Positions 37,681 to 46,164 of a stretch of DNA of 64,000 bases are shown here, in pieces; within the stretch, counting starts at the first letter, position 1, and each line of letters begins with the position of its first letter. Origin of the DNA: Candidatus Calditenuis fumarioli (GTDB lineage: Archaea; Thermoproteota; Nitrososphaeria_A; Caldarchaeales; Calditenuaceae); the NCBI GenBank assembly GCA_030059665.1, contig JANVYR010000001.1:768001-832000 (forward strand). The letters are read 5' to 3'. The notes under the pieces were generated by a model that ran no database searches, was not told where the DNA came from, and saw only the letters and a program-made list of their open reading frames with translations. The position numbers and the translations under genes are program-made.

Positions 37681-38424
37681 TCAAGGTTCCCGCGAACACC
37701 AATCGGTATCCGGATTGTACTTCACTTTCCCCACCACAGGTTCAACAAGCTGCTCAACTTGGGAGGACTCATAGCTCGAAATGGTGCGAAACATAGCAAA
37801 CGCTCGGATGTCGACGTTCGGAACATCCTCCTTGATGCGCCATGCGCAAGCCATCACGGTATTTCCGCTGGTGATTATGTCGTCCACAAGAACCACCGTG
37901 TACCTCTTGGACCCATTGCCGAAATAACGCTTCAGCAAATCTTGATCGATGGCTATCGTTCTGTAATGGTCCGAAACGCGTCGTTGAGCGGATTTTCCCG
38001 TTCTCGCTGGAGTCACGGGCTGGGTTCTTATCAAGAGAGGAACGATTTTTGTTCCCTGAAATCGTTTAGCTACCACCGGTTTAACAATTTTCTCGCATAT
38101 CCATCTCGCAGGCCAAGCGGAATTGGCAAATTTTAACGGGCTCGAACGCGGGACAGGAACGAGGACTGTCTGGGAACCCACGAAGACGGGAACGAGTGTT
38201 CCCACGAACCCCCGTGAGAACGTATTTGTGAGGGACGAAATGACGTCATTTCGGCAATTTTTGACAGCTTTCATCAAATCCTGAGAGAGCTGAGCTGCAC
38301 GGCTCAGTCCTTCGAATCTTTGTTGACCCCTTGAACCCCTACCTACAGGGTAGTACCGGAGCACGGACCCAAAATTCAGTTCGGTGATGGGTGGTGGATT
38401 CTTCAACGGCGATGAAAAACTCAT
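37681..38424 (-). CDS. ComF-like type I phosphoribosyltransferase (ShosT-like)
   Basis: LVPVPRS, VVLVDDIITSGNT PRPP loop; A/T-richer than its flanks. Confidence 0.85.
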   Translation of the reverse strand: MSFSSPLKNPPPITELNFGSVLRYYPVGRGSRGQQRFEGLSRAAQLSQDLMKAVKNCRNDVISSLTNTFSRGFVGTLVPVFVGSQTVLVPVPRSSPLKFANSAWPARWICEKIVKPVVAKRFQGTKIVPLLIRTQPVTPARTGKSAQRRVSDHYRTIAIDQDLLKRYFGNGSKRYTVVLVDDIITSGNTVMACAWRIKEDVPNVDIRAFAMFRTISSYESSQVEQLVEPVVGKVKYNPDTDWCSREP

Positions 38425-38428
38425 ATCA

Positions 38429-39142
38429 TCAGAAATGGAGCAGCGTCAGCTGCCTCACCAGCTCCTGAGGCGACATCCACGGGAGTAGGTCGAGTAGCTC
38501 ATCCAGCTCATCGGGATCCTGCAGCACCATCGCACCGTATTTCATGAGCTCATCGACCCAAGACGGGCGCCGAGATTCAACCAAACGGGAGACGAAGAGG
38601 GGCCTGTTCAACCTGATCGACTCCCAGGCCTGGGAAATGACTCCTGACTTCTCACCGGCCTCGACGATCACCGTCGCGTTGGAGATGAGCGCCATCGTCC
38701 TGTTCCTGAGGACGAAGTTCTTTCTGGTTACCGGTGAACCGATTGGGAACTGGCTGATGACGAGGTGCTCCCGCATGAGCATCAGCTGGAGTTCCCTGTT
38801 CTCAGGCGGGTAGAACCGGTCGAGCGGCGTCCCGAGGACCGCGATCGTGCGGCCACCCTTCTCGAGCGCCGTCCTATGCGCCACCGTGTCTATTCCTCTG
38901 GCCAGACCGCTGACGATGATCACCCTTTCCCTCACCAGGTTCTCCACGAGCCTCCGCGCAAAAGCGATTCCCTCATCGGTGGGCTGACGCGTGCCGACAA
39001 CTGAGACCCTCGGGACCGGTAAAGGCACCAATTCCTGGATCTCCCCCACAACCTGAAGTCTCTTGGGCGCGTACTTGGCTTCGTACTCGTTGAGCGTCGA
39101 ACCCAAAAGGTCCTCCGGTCGCAGCTCGGTGAACTCAAACAT
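38429..39142 (-). CDS. dprA: DprA/Smf Rossmann-domain protein (ShosA-like)
   Basis: VSVVGTR, IVSGLARGIDTVAH, TIAVLGTP, NFVLRNRTM, VEAGEKSG. ATG 39142 follows GGGGAG. Confidence 0.9.
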   Translation of the reverse strand: MFEFTELRPEDLLGSTLNEYEAKYAPKRLQVVGEIQELVPLPVPRVSVVGTRQPTDEGIAFARRLVENLVRERVIIVSGLARGIDTVAHRTALEKGGRTIAVLGTPLDRFYPPENRELQLMLMREHLVISQFPIGSPVTRKNFVLRNRTMALISNATVIVEAGEKSGVISQAWESIRLNRPLFVSRLVESRRPSWVDELMKYGAMVLQDPDELDELLDLLPWMSPQELVRQLTLLHF

Positions 39143-39329
39143 CTCCCCGTTGATTTTCAGGATGGTATGACCGTGATGACGGTGAGCAGCAGTTGAAGTC
39201 ATACGCCTGTAGTATCGCCGCAATGCTCGCTTTTGGGCATTGCTGGAACCGGCCCGAAAGTGGGAACGCCTCGGCCACCCCCGCTAATCGTTCACCTTTA
39301 AAAGCGGCTTGGGAGGGTGAGGGTTCAGG

Positions 39330-39719
39330 ATGGCGACGTTCGACTGGGTCTCGGGGCTCTTCACGAAGCTGTACAACAACGAGATGGCGAGGAACAAGGA
39401 GTGCGTCCACAAGTACTCGAAGCTGGTGGTGGAGATCCTGAAGACGCTCCAGAGGCACGGCTACGTCGGGGCCATCGAGTACGTCGAGGACGGGAGGGGA
39501 GGGAAGGTGATAATTCAGCTGCTGGGCAGGATCAACAAGGCAGGTCCCATCAGACCGAGGTTCAGCGTGAGCAAGGACGGCTACGAGGAGTTCGAGAAGA
39601 GGTACCTCCCGAGCAGGGACATAGGGATACTCGTGGTGACGACCAACAGGGGCGTGATGTCGCACAGGGAGGCGATAAAGCAGGGCCTCGGCGGGAAGCT
39701 CCTCGGCTACGTCTACTGA
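39330..39719 (+). CDS. rps8: Ribosomal protein uS8
   Basis: [55 protein letters not shown]...GGKLLGYVY. Confidence 0.96.
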   Translation: MATFDWVSGLFTKLYNNEMARNKECVHKYSKLVVEILKTLQRHGYVGAIEYVEDGRGGKVIIQLLGRINKAGPIRPRFSVSKDGYEEFEKRYLPSRDIGILVVTTNRGVMSHREAIKQGLGGKLLGYVY

Positions 39720-39787
39720 TCCTTCCACGCCTGAAAATCCTCAGGACCTTCTCCGAAGCAGTCCATCCCCTCCGTCACGGGACGACC

Positions 39788-40708
39788 TCAGACGGATTTG
39801 CCGAGCAGTTCCCTGATCACGAGCCTGGCAGCCTCTATGCCTGCCGCCCGCTGGGCCTCGTGGGTCTGGGCTCCCATGTGGGGCGTGGGTATCAGGTTGG
39901 GCAGCGAGAGGAGCTCGAGGTCGGTGGGTGGCTCCGTCTCGAAGACGTCCAGCGCAGCTCCGGCTATCCATCCCTCTCTCAGGGCCCTCTTCAGAGCAGT
40001 CTCGTCGACGACCCCTCCACGGGCCATGTTGACGAGGAAAGCGGTCCGCTTCATCTCCCTCAGCTCCCTCTCCCCGATGAGTCCCCTCGTGGACGGGTCA
40101 AGCGGCGTGTGGATCGTTACTATGTCCGACTCGCGCAGAAGGGTGAGGAGGTCCACCTGCTTCCCTTCCACCGACTCGAGGAAGTCCCTGGGGACCTCTA
40201 TCACGTCGTTCACCAGCACCCTCATCCCGAGGGCGTGGGCCATCCTCGCCACCTCCCGACCGATCCTCCCGCACCCTATGATCCCGACCGTCTTGCCGCG
40301 GAGCTCGATGCCGTGCGCCTCGGACTTCAGCCACCTCCCCTGCTTGAGCTCGGAGGCGTACCGGACTATCCCCCTCGCGAGGCAGAAGAAGAGCCCGACC
40401 GTCAGCTCAGCGACCGCCCTCGTGACGGACTCCGGAGTGTTCAGCACCTTGACGCCGAGCTTGGTGAAGCCCTCCACGTCGACGTTGTCGAGCCCCACCC
40501 CCGCCCTCACGATGACCCTCAGGTTCCCCTTTCCGCCGACCGGCCGCGCCTTGACGTTGCTCCTGATGACCACCGCGTCGTAATTGACGTACCTCCTGTC
40601 GAACTCCTGCTGCGTGATCCTCTCCTCGTAATCGACCTGAAGTCCCGCCGACCTCATCAGCTCAATCCCCTCCCTGTCGAGCCTGCAGGCGACGAGCACC
40701 CTGCTCAC
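39788..40708 (-). CDS. serA: D-3-phosphoglycerate dehydrogenase / D-2-hydroxyacid dehydrogenase
   Basis: RAGVGLDNVD, AVAE, GIIGCGRIG, HTPL, NMARGG, ALDVFETEP, TPHMGAQT. GTG 40708 is the probable start. Confidence 0.85.
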   Translation of the reverse strand: MSRVLVACRLDREGIELMRSAGLQVDYEERITQQEFDRRYVNYDAVVIRSNVKARPVGGKGNLRVIVRAGVGLDNVDVEGFTKLGVKVLNTPESVTRAVAELTVGLFFCLARGIVRYASELKQGRWLKSEAHGIELRGKTVGIIGCGRIGREVARMAHALGMRVLVNDVIEVPRDFLESVEGKQVDLLTLLRESDIVTIHTPLDPSTRGLIGERELREMKRTAFLVNMARGGVVDETALKRALREGWIAGAALDVFETEPPTDLELLSLPNLIPTPHMGAQTHEAQRAAGIEAARLVIRELLGKSV

Positions 40709-40842
40709 GTCATTAAGAGCGGCGAGCCGCATCAAATGTTTGCGCTCCTTTGTAGGTTGGGCGTCCGGCATGTCACGGCAACGCTCAGCCCCCGCATCGC
40801 ACCAGAACACCTATAATTTGGGTCTGGGGTCGTTTTGAAGGG

Positions 40843-41367
40843 TTGGAGGAGACCGAGGAGGGCCATAGCTGCCCGATCGACGTCACTCCCTCGATGATCA
40901 CGGGTCTGCTGGAGGTCCTGAGGCTCTGGAAGGGCAGGATGGACCTCAACCAGCTGGCGAGGGAGGTGGGAATGGAGCCGGGCCTGCTGCTGAGGGTGGC
41001 GGAGGTGGGGAAGTTGCTCGGTCTGCTCGAGTTCGTCGACGGCGACCTGGTCCTGACGAAGGCCGGCGAGTCCTACACCAGGAGGTCCTCCTCGGGAAAG
41101 CTCGGGATGCTGAGGGAGCTGGTGCCCAACATAGAGCCCTTCAGGTCGGTGATCGGGCTCCTCGAGCGGAACAGGTCTCCCATGACCGTCTCCGAGATCA
41201 ACGAGCACCTGAAGGTGTGCACCGATGACGAGCAGCTCGAGACCTTCAAGACCTTCCTGATCGACTGGCTCGTCGCCACGGGAATCCTCGAGTACTCGGG
41301 CGAGGAGGAGACGTTCAGGCTGAAGAGGAGGAGGGCAAGGGGCCAGGTCAGCTCAGGAGCATCATGA
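40843..41367 (+). CDS. Stand-alone AAA-associated C-terminal (NitT/TauT ATPase accessory) wHTH-like domain protein
   Basis: ITGLLEVL...DLNQLARE...LLGLLEFVDGDLVLTKAG...IDWLVATGILEY resembles the C-terminal domain of long NitT ATPases. Confidence 0.65.
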   Translation: MEETEEGHSCPIDVTPSMITGLLEVLRLWKGRMDLNQLAREVGMEPGLLLRVAEVGKLLGLLEFVDGDLVLTKAGESYTRRSSSGKLGMLRELVPNIEPFRSVIGLLERNRSPMTVSEINEHLKVCTDDEQLETFKTFLIDWLVATGILEYSGEEETFRLKRRRARGQVSSGAS

Positions 41368-42106
41368 CCTCGTCGACCAGCTTGAGGAAGGTCTCGTCCT
41401 TCCTGTTCCTCGGCCTTTCCAGATCGATCCTCACCTCGGCGACCACCGTCGCAGGCCTCCCCTTCAGCACCAGGACCCTGTCGGCAAGCTGGATCACCTC
41501 GTCGATGTTGTGGGAGACCATTACGACCGAGGCAGGAGGCAGGCTCGAGTCGAACCACATCTCCTCCAGCTCCCTCATCAGGGCAAGCGCCGTTAGGGGG
41601 TCGAGGTTGCTCATCGGCTCGTCAAGCAGGAGCAGGTCTGGCAAGACCACGAGGGCCCTGGCGAGGGCGACGCGCTGCTGCATCCCCCCGCTGAGCTCAC
41701 GGGGATAGGCCGAGGCGTACCCAGACAGCCCCACGAGGTCGAGGAACCTCATCGCCAGCTCCTCCTTCTCCTCCTCGCTCATGTCCCTCCTCGAGAGGAG
41801 CGGGAGCTTGACGTTCTCGAGGACCGTCAGCCACGGCAACAGGTTCGGCGACTGGAACATCATCGAGATCTTCGGGTGCGGGCCTTTGAGCTCCTCGCCC
41901 TTGAAGTAGACTTTCCCGTTCGTGGGTCTGAGGAGGCCGCACATCAGCCTCAGCAGGGTCGATTTGCCCGTCCCGCTGGGGCCGACGACGCCGACGAACT
42001 CGGTGTAATCGACGTGTAGGTTGATGTCCGTGAGGATCTTGGTCCTCGATCCGGGATATGCGAAGTCGACGTCCACCATCCTCAGCAGCTCCCTGCTCCC
42101 GTCCAT
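41348..42106 (-). CDS. NitT/TauT-family ABC ATP-binding protein
   Basis: GPSGTGKST, MFQSPNLLPWLTV, YPRELSGGMQQR, LDEP, IDLERPRNR. Confidence 0.93.
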   Translation of the reverse strand: MDGSRELLRMVDVDFAYPGSRTKILTDINLHVDYTEFVGVVGPSGTGKSTLLRLMCGLLRPTNGKVYFKGEELKGPHPKISMMFQSPNLLPWLTVLENVKLPLLSRRDMSEEEKEELAMRFLDLVGLSGYASAYPRELSGGMQQRVALARALVVLPDLLLLDEPMSNLDPLTALALMRELEEMWFDSSLPPASVVMVSHNIDEVIQLADRVLVLKGRPATVVAEVRIDLERPRNRKDETFLKLVDEVMMLLS

Positions 42107-42183
42107 GATCTCCGGGTCGCCTGAAACTGGGGACGTTATATGGTGAAAGGCGCGTGAGCAGGTGCAGATGGGTTGGACCGCGA

Positions 42184-42765
42184 CTACACGTGGCCCCGGG
42201 TGAACAGGAAGTATTTGTTGTTGGGATCGGAGAGCTCCTGAAGGATCCTTTTGATCACGCTAGCCCTCGAGTCCTGGATGCCGGTCCTCCTGTCTATGTC
42301 CTCGAAGCTCTCGAAGGGTTTCTTCTCCCTCTCCTCCAGGACCTTCAGCATGGTCTTCTTCCCTATACCAGGGATGACCTCGAGCGCGTGGAGCCTCGGC
42401 GTTAGCGGGCCGCAGGTGTTGAAGAACTCGACGAACTTCTTCTCTTTCTCCCGGACGATCCTCTCCACGGCCCGCTCGAGCTCCATCTTCGCCGTCTCCG
42501 GCAGGTCGTTGTAACCGATCCGCCTCACGATCCTCACCACGTCCCTCGGGACGTCCTTCCCGATGTAGAGCACGTTGCCGGGAGCCAAATTGATCTCGGG
42601 CGAGACCGCGGCCTCCAGCAGCGTGAAGTGCTCGGTCCCGAGGAGGTAGGCCCTGTTGAACTGGGATTGGTGCCCGTGCCTCGGACCCCACCTGGGAGGA
42701 GCTACGTCAAGCACTATCGCCTCGTCCTCGTAGATCTTGGGCCTGAACCTCTCCTGCTCCCGCAT
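42184..42765 (-). CDS. DUF655 HhH nucleic-acid binding protein
   Basis: GTEHFTLLE, LTPRLHALEVIPGIGKK, PFESFEDI; conserved L21e-rpo4-DUF655 order. Confidence 0.9.
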   Translation of the reverse strand: MREQERFRPKIYEDEAIVLDVAPPRWGPRHGHQSQFNRAYLLGTEHFTLLEAAVSPEINLAPGNVLYIGKDVPRDVVRIVRRIGYNDLPETAKMELERAVERIVREKEKKFVEFFNTCGPLTPRLHALEVIPGIGKKTMLKVLEEREKKPFESFEDIDRRTGIQDSRASVIKRILQELSDPNNKYFLFTRGHV

Positions 42766-42775
42766 GCCCTACTCC

Positions 42776-43120
42776 TCAACCGCTCCCTTCGGAGCTGGAC
42801 TCGACGTATTTCCTAACGGTCTCCGCGATGCCCCTCATCTTCTCCTCATCCGCAAGCACCGTCAGCAGCAACCTCCTGTAACCGGAGAGCACCGTCCTCA
42901 CCTCCTCCACGGTCCTCGGGCAGATGTTGACCACCTGCACCGCCTCGATCTCCTCGAGCCCGAACTTCTCCATCAGCTCCTCCTTCAGCCTCCTCGCGGA
43001 GTCCGCGTCGAGCTTCGAGAAGGCAGTGACGTAGCTCAGTATCCTCTGGGCCACTGGCGAGGCCGATTGCGCCCTGCTCTCGAGGATCTCCTTCACCTCA
43101 GGAAGGGAGACCGGCTTCAT
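42776..43120 (-). CDS. rpo4: RNA polymerase subunit Rpo4 (F)
   Basis: VSLPEVKEIL, FSKLD, AVQVVNICPRTVEEVR. Confidence 0.9.
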   Translation of the reverse strand: MKPVSLPEVKEILESRAQSASPVAQRILSYVTAFSKLDADSARRLKEELMEKFGLEEIEAVQVVNICPRTVEEVRTVLSGYRRLLLTVLADEEKMRGIAETVRKYVESSSEGSG

Positions 43121-43156
43121 CGACAGCGTCCTCCTCGGCAGCTCCCCTCTACCCCC

Positions 43157-43459
43157 TCACGCGTTGTGAGGTCTTATGTGATCGGGAAGGACGTAGAGGA
43201 TTTTCCTCTTCGAGCCGAGGTAGACCTCGACCTCGTAACCCCTTCCCCTCCTTCCTAGGACGACCCCGACCTTGCCGTGATACCGTTTGTGCGGCATCCC
43301 CTTCTGGACAGATGGGTCTGCGACGACGACCACCTTGCTCCCCACCGGATACTCCACCAGATACACGTCGGGCCTCGGCCCCATCCTCGATCCGGCGGGC
43401 TTGGTCATCAGGGTCCTCGTCCTGCTCCGGTAACCGTGATGTCTCGCCAAACCCAGCAT
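43157..43459 (-). CDS. rpl21e: Ribosomal protein eL21
   Basis: GYRSRTR, DPSVQKGMPHKRYHGKVG, VLPDHIR. Confidence 0.96.
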   Translation of the reverse strand: MLGLARHHGYRSRTRTLMTKPAGSRMGPRPDVYLVEYPVGSKVVVVADPSVQKGMPHKRYHGKVGVVLGRRGRGYEVEVYLGSKRKILYVLPDHIRPHNA

Positions 43460-43725
43460 CCCGTGACCCGCGCAGGGCTATTAAACGTATCGGTGGCATG
43501 GGTGGCGACTGTCGAGTGCCGGCGCTCACCTGCTCGGGTGGATGGCAGAGGTGCGGTTGGTGGAGATCGAGCGGTTGAAGTCGAAGTCGGGGAGAAGCGG
43601 TGCGGAAACGGGTTGCGAAAGTGGATCGAGGACCTGCGAGATGAAACGTCCACTGAAGGGCGCGCACGTCTCGTTTCCTCGTTTCAAATAATTTGATATT
43701 GAGGTCCACCAGCAGATGCGGCGAG

Positions 43726-44964
43726 GTGGGAGCGCTAACCGGAGCGATCTCGCTGGTCTGCCGGGAATGCGGCAAGGACCACGGCCACGTGCTGGCCTAC
43801 GCCTGTGACGAGTGCCTCGGAGCCCTCGAGGTGAAAATCGATTTCGACAGGGTTCAGGTGACGAGGACCAAGATCTCGTCGAGGAACAAGGACCTCTGGA
43901 GGTACAGGGAGTTCCTGCCGGTAATCGACGACTCGTGTGTCGTGAACCTCGGAACCGGCTTCACACCGCTGCTCAGGGCCGATTCGCTCGCCAAGGCCAT
44001 AGGCGTCAGGAGGCTCTACATCAAGAACGACACGGTCAACCCGACGTTCAGCTTCAAGGACAGGCCTGCGGGCATCGCGGTCTCAAAGGCGAGGGAGTTC
44101 CGGATGGCCGCGGTCGGATGCGCCTCCACGGGAAACCTCGCGGGTTCCACGGCGGCCCACGCCTCCGCTGCGGGTCTGAAGTCGTTCGTCTTCATGCCAT
44201 CCACGGTAGAGGACCCGAAGGTCTTCCACGCCTCAATCTACGGGTCGACGGTGATCCTCGTGGACGGCACGTACGACGACGTGAACAGGATGGCAGCCCT
44301 CGCCGCGGACAGGTTCAACATCGGCGTGGTCAACGTCAACCTCAGGCCCTACTATGTCGAGGGGTCGAAGACGATGGGGCTCGAGATAGCCGAGCAGCTC
44401 GGGTGGAGGCTCCCTGACAGGATCGTCGTGCCCTGCGCCAGCGGAGCTCTTCTCTCCGCGATACACAAGGGGATAGCCGAGGCCCACGAAGCAGGCCTTA
44501 TCGAGGACGACAGCGTCGCGATGACCTGCGCCCAGCCGGAGGGTTGCTCTCCGATCGTCTCGGCCTTCAGGAGAGGGCTCGAGAGGGTGGAGCCGGTGAG
44601 GAACCCCAAGACCCTGGTCCAGAGCCTAGCCATCGGAGAGCCGGGCGACGGGCTCCAGGCGCTGCGGGTCATCAGGAAGACCGGCGGGACAGCGGGCGCG
44701 GTCAGCGATCAAGAGGCGATCGATGCGGTTTACCTGCTAGCGAAAGAGACGGGGATCTTCGCGGAGCCGGGCGGCGCCATCTCGGTGGCCGTGCTGAAGA
44801 GGCTCGTCGAGGAGGGCGAGGTGGGAAGGGACGAGGAGGTGGTGTGCTGCGTGACGGGCACTGGGTTCAAGACGCTCGAGGTCTTCCCTCCGCCGGAGAA
44901 CCAGATCAGGATACCTGCCAGCTTCCAGGCGCTGAGCGCCGCGATAGGGCCGCTCCTCCGCTGA
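43726..44964 (+). CDS. thrC: Threonine synthase-family PLP enzyme with an N-terminal Zn ribbon
   Basis: CRECG...CDECLG, LGTGFTPL, NPTFSFKDR, ASTGNLA, YVEGSKT, EPGG, VTGTGFK. Confidence 0.88.
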   Translation: MGALTGAISLVCRECGKDHGHVLAYACDECLGALEVKIDFDRVQVTRTKISSRNKDLWRYREFLPVIDDSCVVNLGTGFTPLLRADSLAKAIGVRRLYIKNDTVNPTFSFKDRPAGIAVSKAREFRMAAVGCASTGNLAGSTAAHASAAGLKSFVFMPSTVEDPKVFHASIYGSTVILVDGTYDDVNRMAALAADRFNIGVVNVNLRPYYVEGSKTMGLEIAEQLGWRLPDRIVVPCASGALLSAIHKGIAEAHEAGLIEDDSVAMTCAQPEGCSPIVSAFRRGLERVEPVRNPKTLVQSLAIGEPGDGLQALRVIRKTGGTAGAVSDQEAIDAVYLLAKETGIFAEPGGAISVAVLKRLVEEGEVGRDEEVVCCVTGTGFKTLEVFPPPENQIRIPASFQALSAAIGPLLR

Positions 44965-45013
44965 CGGGTGTGTGGATCAAGCTTAATTTGCTCAAGTCAG
45001 ACCAACAGCACGG

Positions 45014-45286
45014 TTGAGGGTCAGGACGCTCTACTTCGCCAGGCTCAGGGAGCTGACGGGAAGGGAAGAGGAGGAGCTGGACGTTCCCGAGAACGCGACC
45101 TGTGCCGACGTCGTCAGGTTCATCGCGGATCGGTACGGAGACGCCCTCCGCCGCTACCTCTTCGACGAGTCCGGATCCCTCAGGCGTGGTCTGGCGATTG
45201 CCCTCAACGGGGAGAAGGTCAGCCCCGAGACGCCGGTTCGCGAGGGCGACACGGTAGTGGTCATCCCTCCGATCTCGGGTGGCTGA
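45014..45286 (+). CDS. MoaD/ThiS/SAMP ubiquitin-like sulfur carrier
   Basis: YFARLRE, ALNG, GDTVVVIPPISGG C-terminus. Confidence 0.93.
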   Translation: MRVRTLYFARLRELTGREEEELDVPENATCADVVRFIADRYGDALRRYLFDESGSLRRGLAIALNGEKVSPETPVREGDTVVVIPPISGG

Positions 45287-45601
45287 TCAGCGCCTCAGTT
45301 TCCTCAGCAGGTCCACGTCGAGCGTCCCGGTCAGCCGGTAAACGTGGACGAGCAGGATCACGGCAACCGCGATCACCGCAGCCCCCACTCCGAGCGAGAG
45401 CAGGACGAAGCCCATCCCGAGGGGGTCGACGCCGAGGTCGCTGGACGTGGCGTACGTCACCAGGTTCAAGTGGGCCGCGTTGATCATCAGCTCTATCGCC
45501 ACCAGCTGCTTGATCAGGTGACGCTTCGATGCGAGCGTGTAGACTCCGAGCGCGAAGAGCAGGGCGGCGAAGACCGTGAGGATCGTGATGGGCAGTGCCA
45601 A
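45287..45601 (-). CDS. nuoK: NuoK/MnhC-like membrane subunit
   Basis: LFALGVY, LVAIELMINAAHLNLV, GTLDVDLLRKLR. Confidence 0.8.
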   Translation of the reverse strand: MALPITILTVFAALLFALGVYTLASKRHLIKQLVAIELMINAAHLNLVTYATSSDLGVDPLGMGFVLLSLGVGAAVIAVAVILLVHVYRLTGTLDVDLLRKLRR

Positions 45602-45605
45602 TCTC

Positions 45606-45872
45606 TCACCTCCTCGAGATCACCACGACTAGGCCGCCGATGCCGAGGGCAAGCGCGAGGACTACGACGAAGATCCCGATCAGTGGGAACGCGAGCCCGG
45701 ACCAGAGCAGGGAGCTGACGTCCCTCCCGAGAGCTCCCACGTCCTCCCTTACCAGCCTGTTAAGCGCGTCCCCCCAGTACCTGTAGACAGGTGGTGAGGT
45801 GGCGAGGGTGAAGAAGATCACCGCGGCCAGCAGGATCGAGGAGACCGTGCCGAAGACCTGCGTCCACCTCAT
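45606..45872 (-). CDS. NuoJ C-terminal half-like membrane protein
   Basis: TM...VGALG..L...FPLIGIFVVVLALALGIG; sits between NuoJ-N and NuoK. Confidence 0.6.
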   Translation of the reverse strand: MRWTQVFGTVSSILLAAVIFFTLATSPPVYRYWGDALNRLVREDVGALGRDVSSLLWSGLAFPLIGIFVVVLALALGIGGLVVVISRR

Positions 45873-46120
45873 GCCGTCTCATCCCTCCTCCGCGTGAACA
45901 TGACCACCAGCATCAGCAGCGCTACCGCTCCTCCCGAGTAGACCAGAATCTGGAAGATCCCGACGACAGCGGCGCCGAGCGCCACGAACAGCAGCCCGAG
46001 CGAGACCGTGAAGACCAGGAACCACATGGCCGTCCTGACGAGGCTCCTGCTCTCGATCGCGAGGATCGCGGATGCGGTGGCCAGCAGCAAAAGCGCCGCC
46101 TCGATCGTCGACGGTTCCAT
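45869..46120 (-). CDS. nuoJ: NuoJ N-terminal half
   Basis: SLVRTAMWF...LGA..VGIFQILVYSGGAVALLMLVVM. Confidence 0.8.
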   Translation of the reverse strand: MEPSTIEAALLLLATASAILAIESRSLVRTAMWFLVFTVSLGLLFVALGAAVVGIFQILVYSGGAVALLMLVVMFTRRRDETA

Positions 46121-46164
46121 CAGGCATTCAGCTCTGCAAGCATCTCTTTTACCTTCACCCGCGC

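Noticed and set aside
39173-39230. GTGATGA C-box-like motif upstream of dprA
   Set aside because: No CTGA D box at a suitable distance
45606-46120. Possible frameshift or readthrough pseudogene of nuoJ
   Set aside because: The halves have a clean ATGA overlap and their own start, consistent with a genuine split gene
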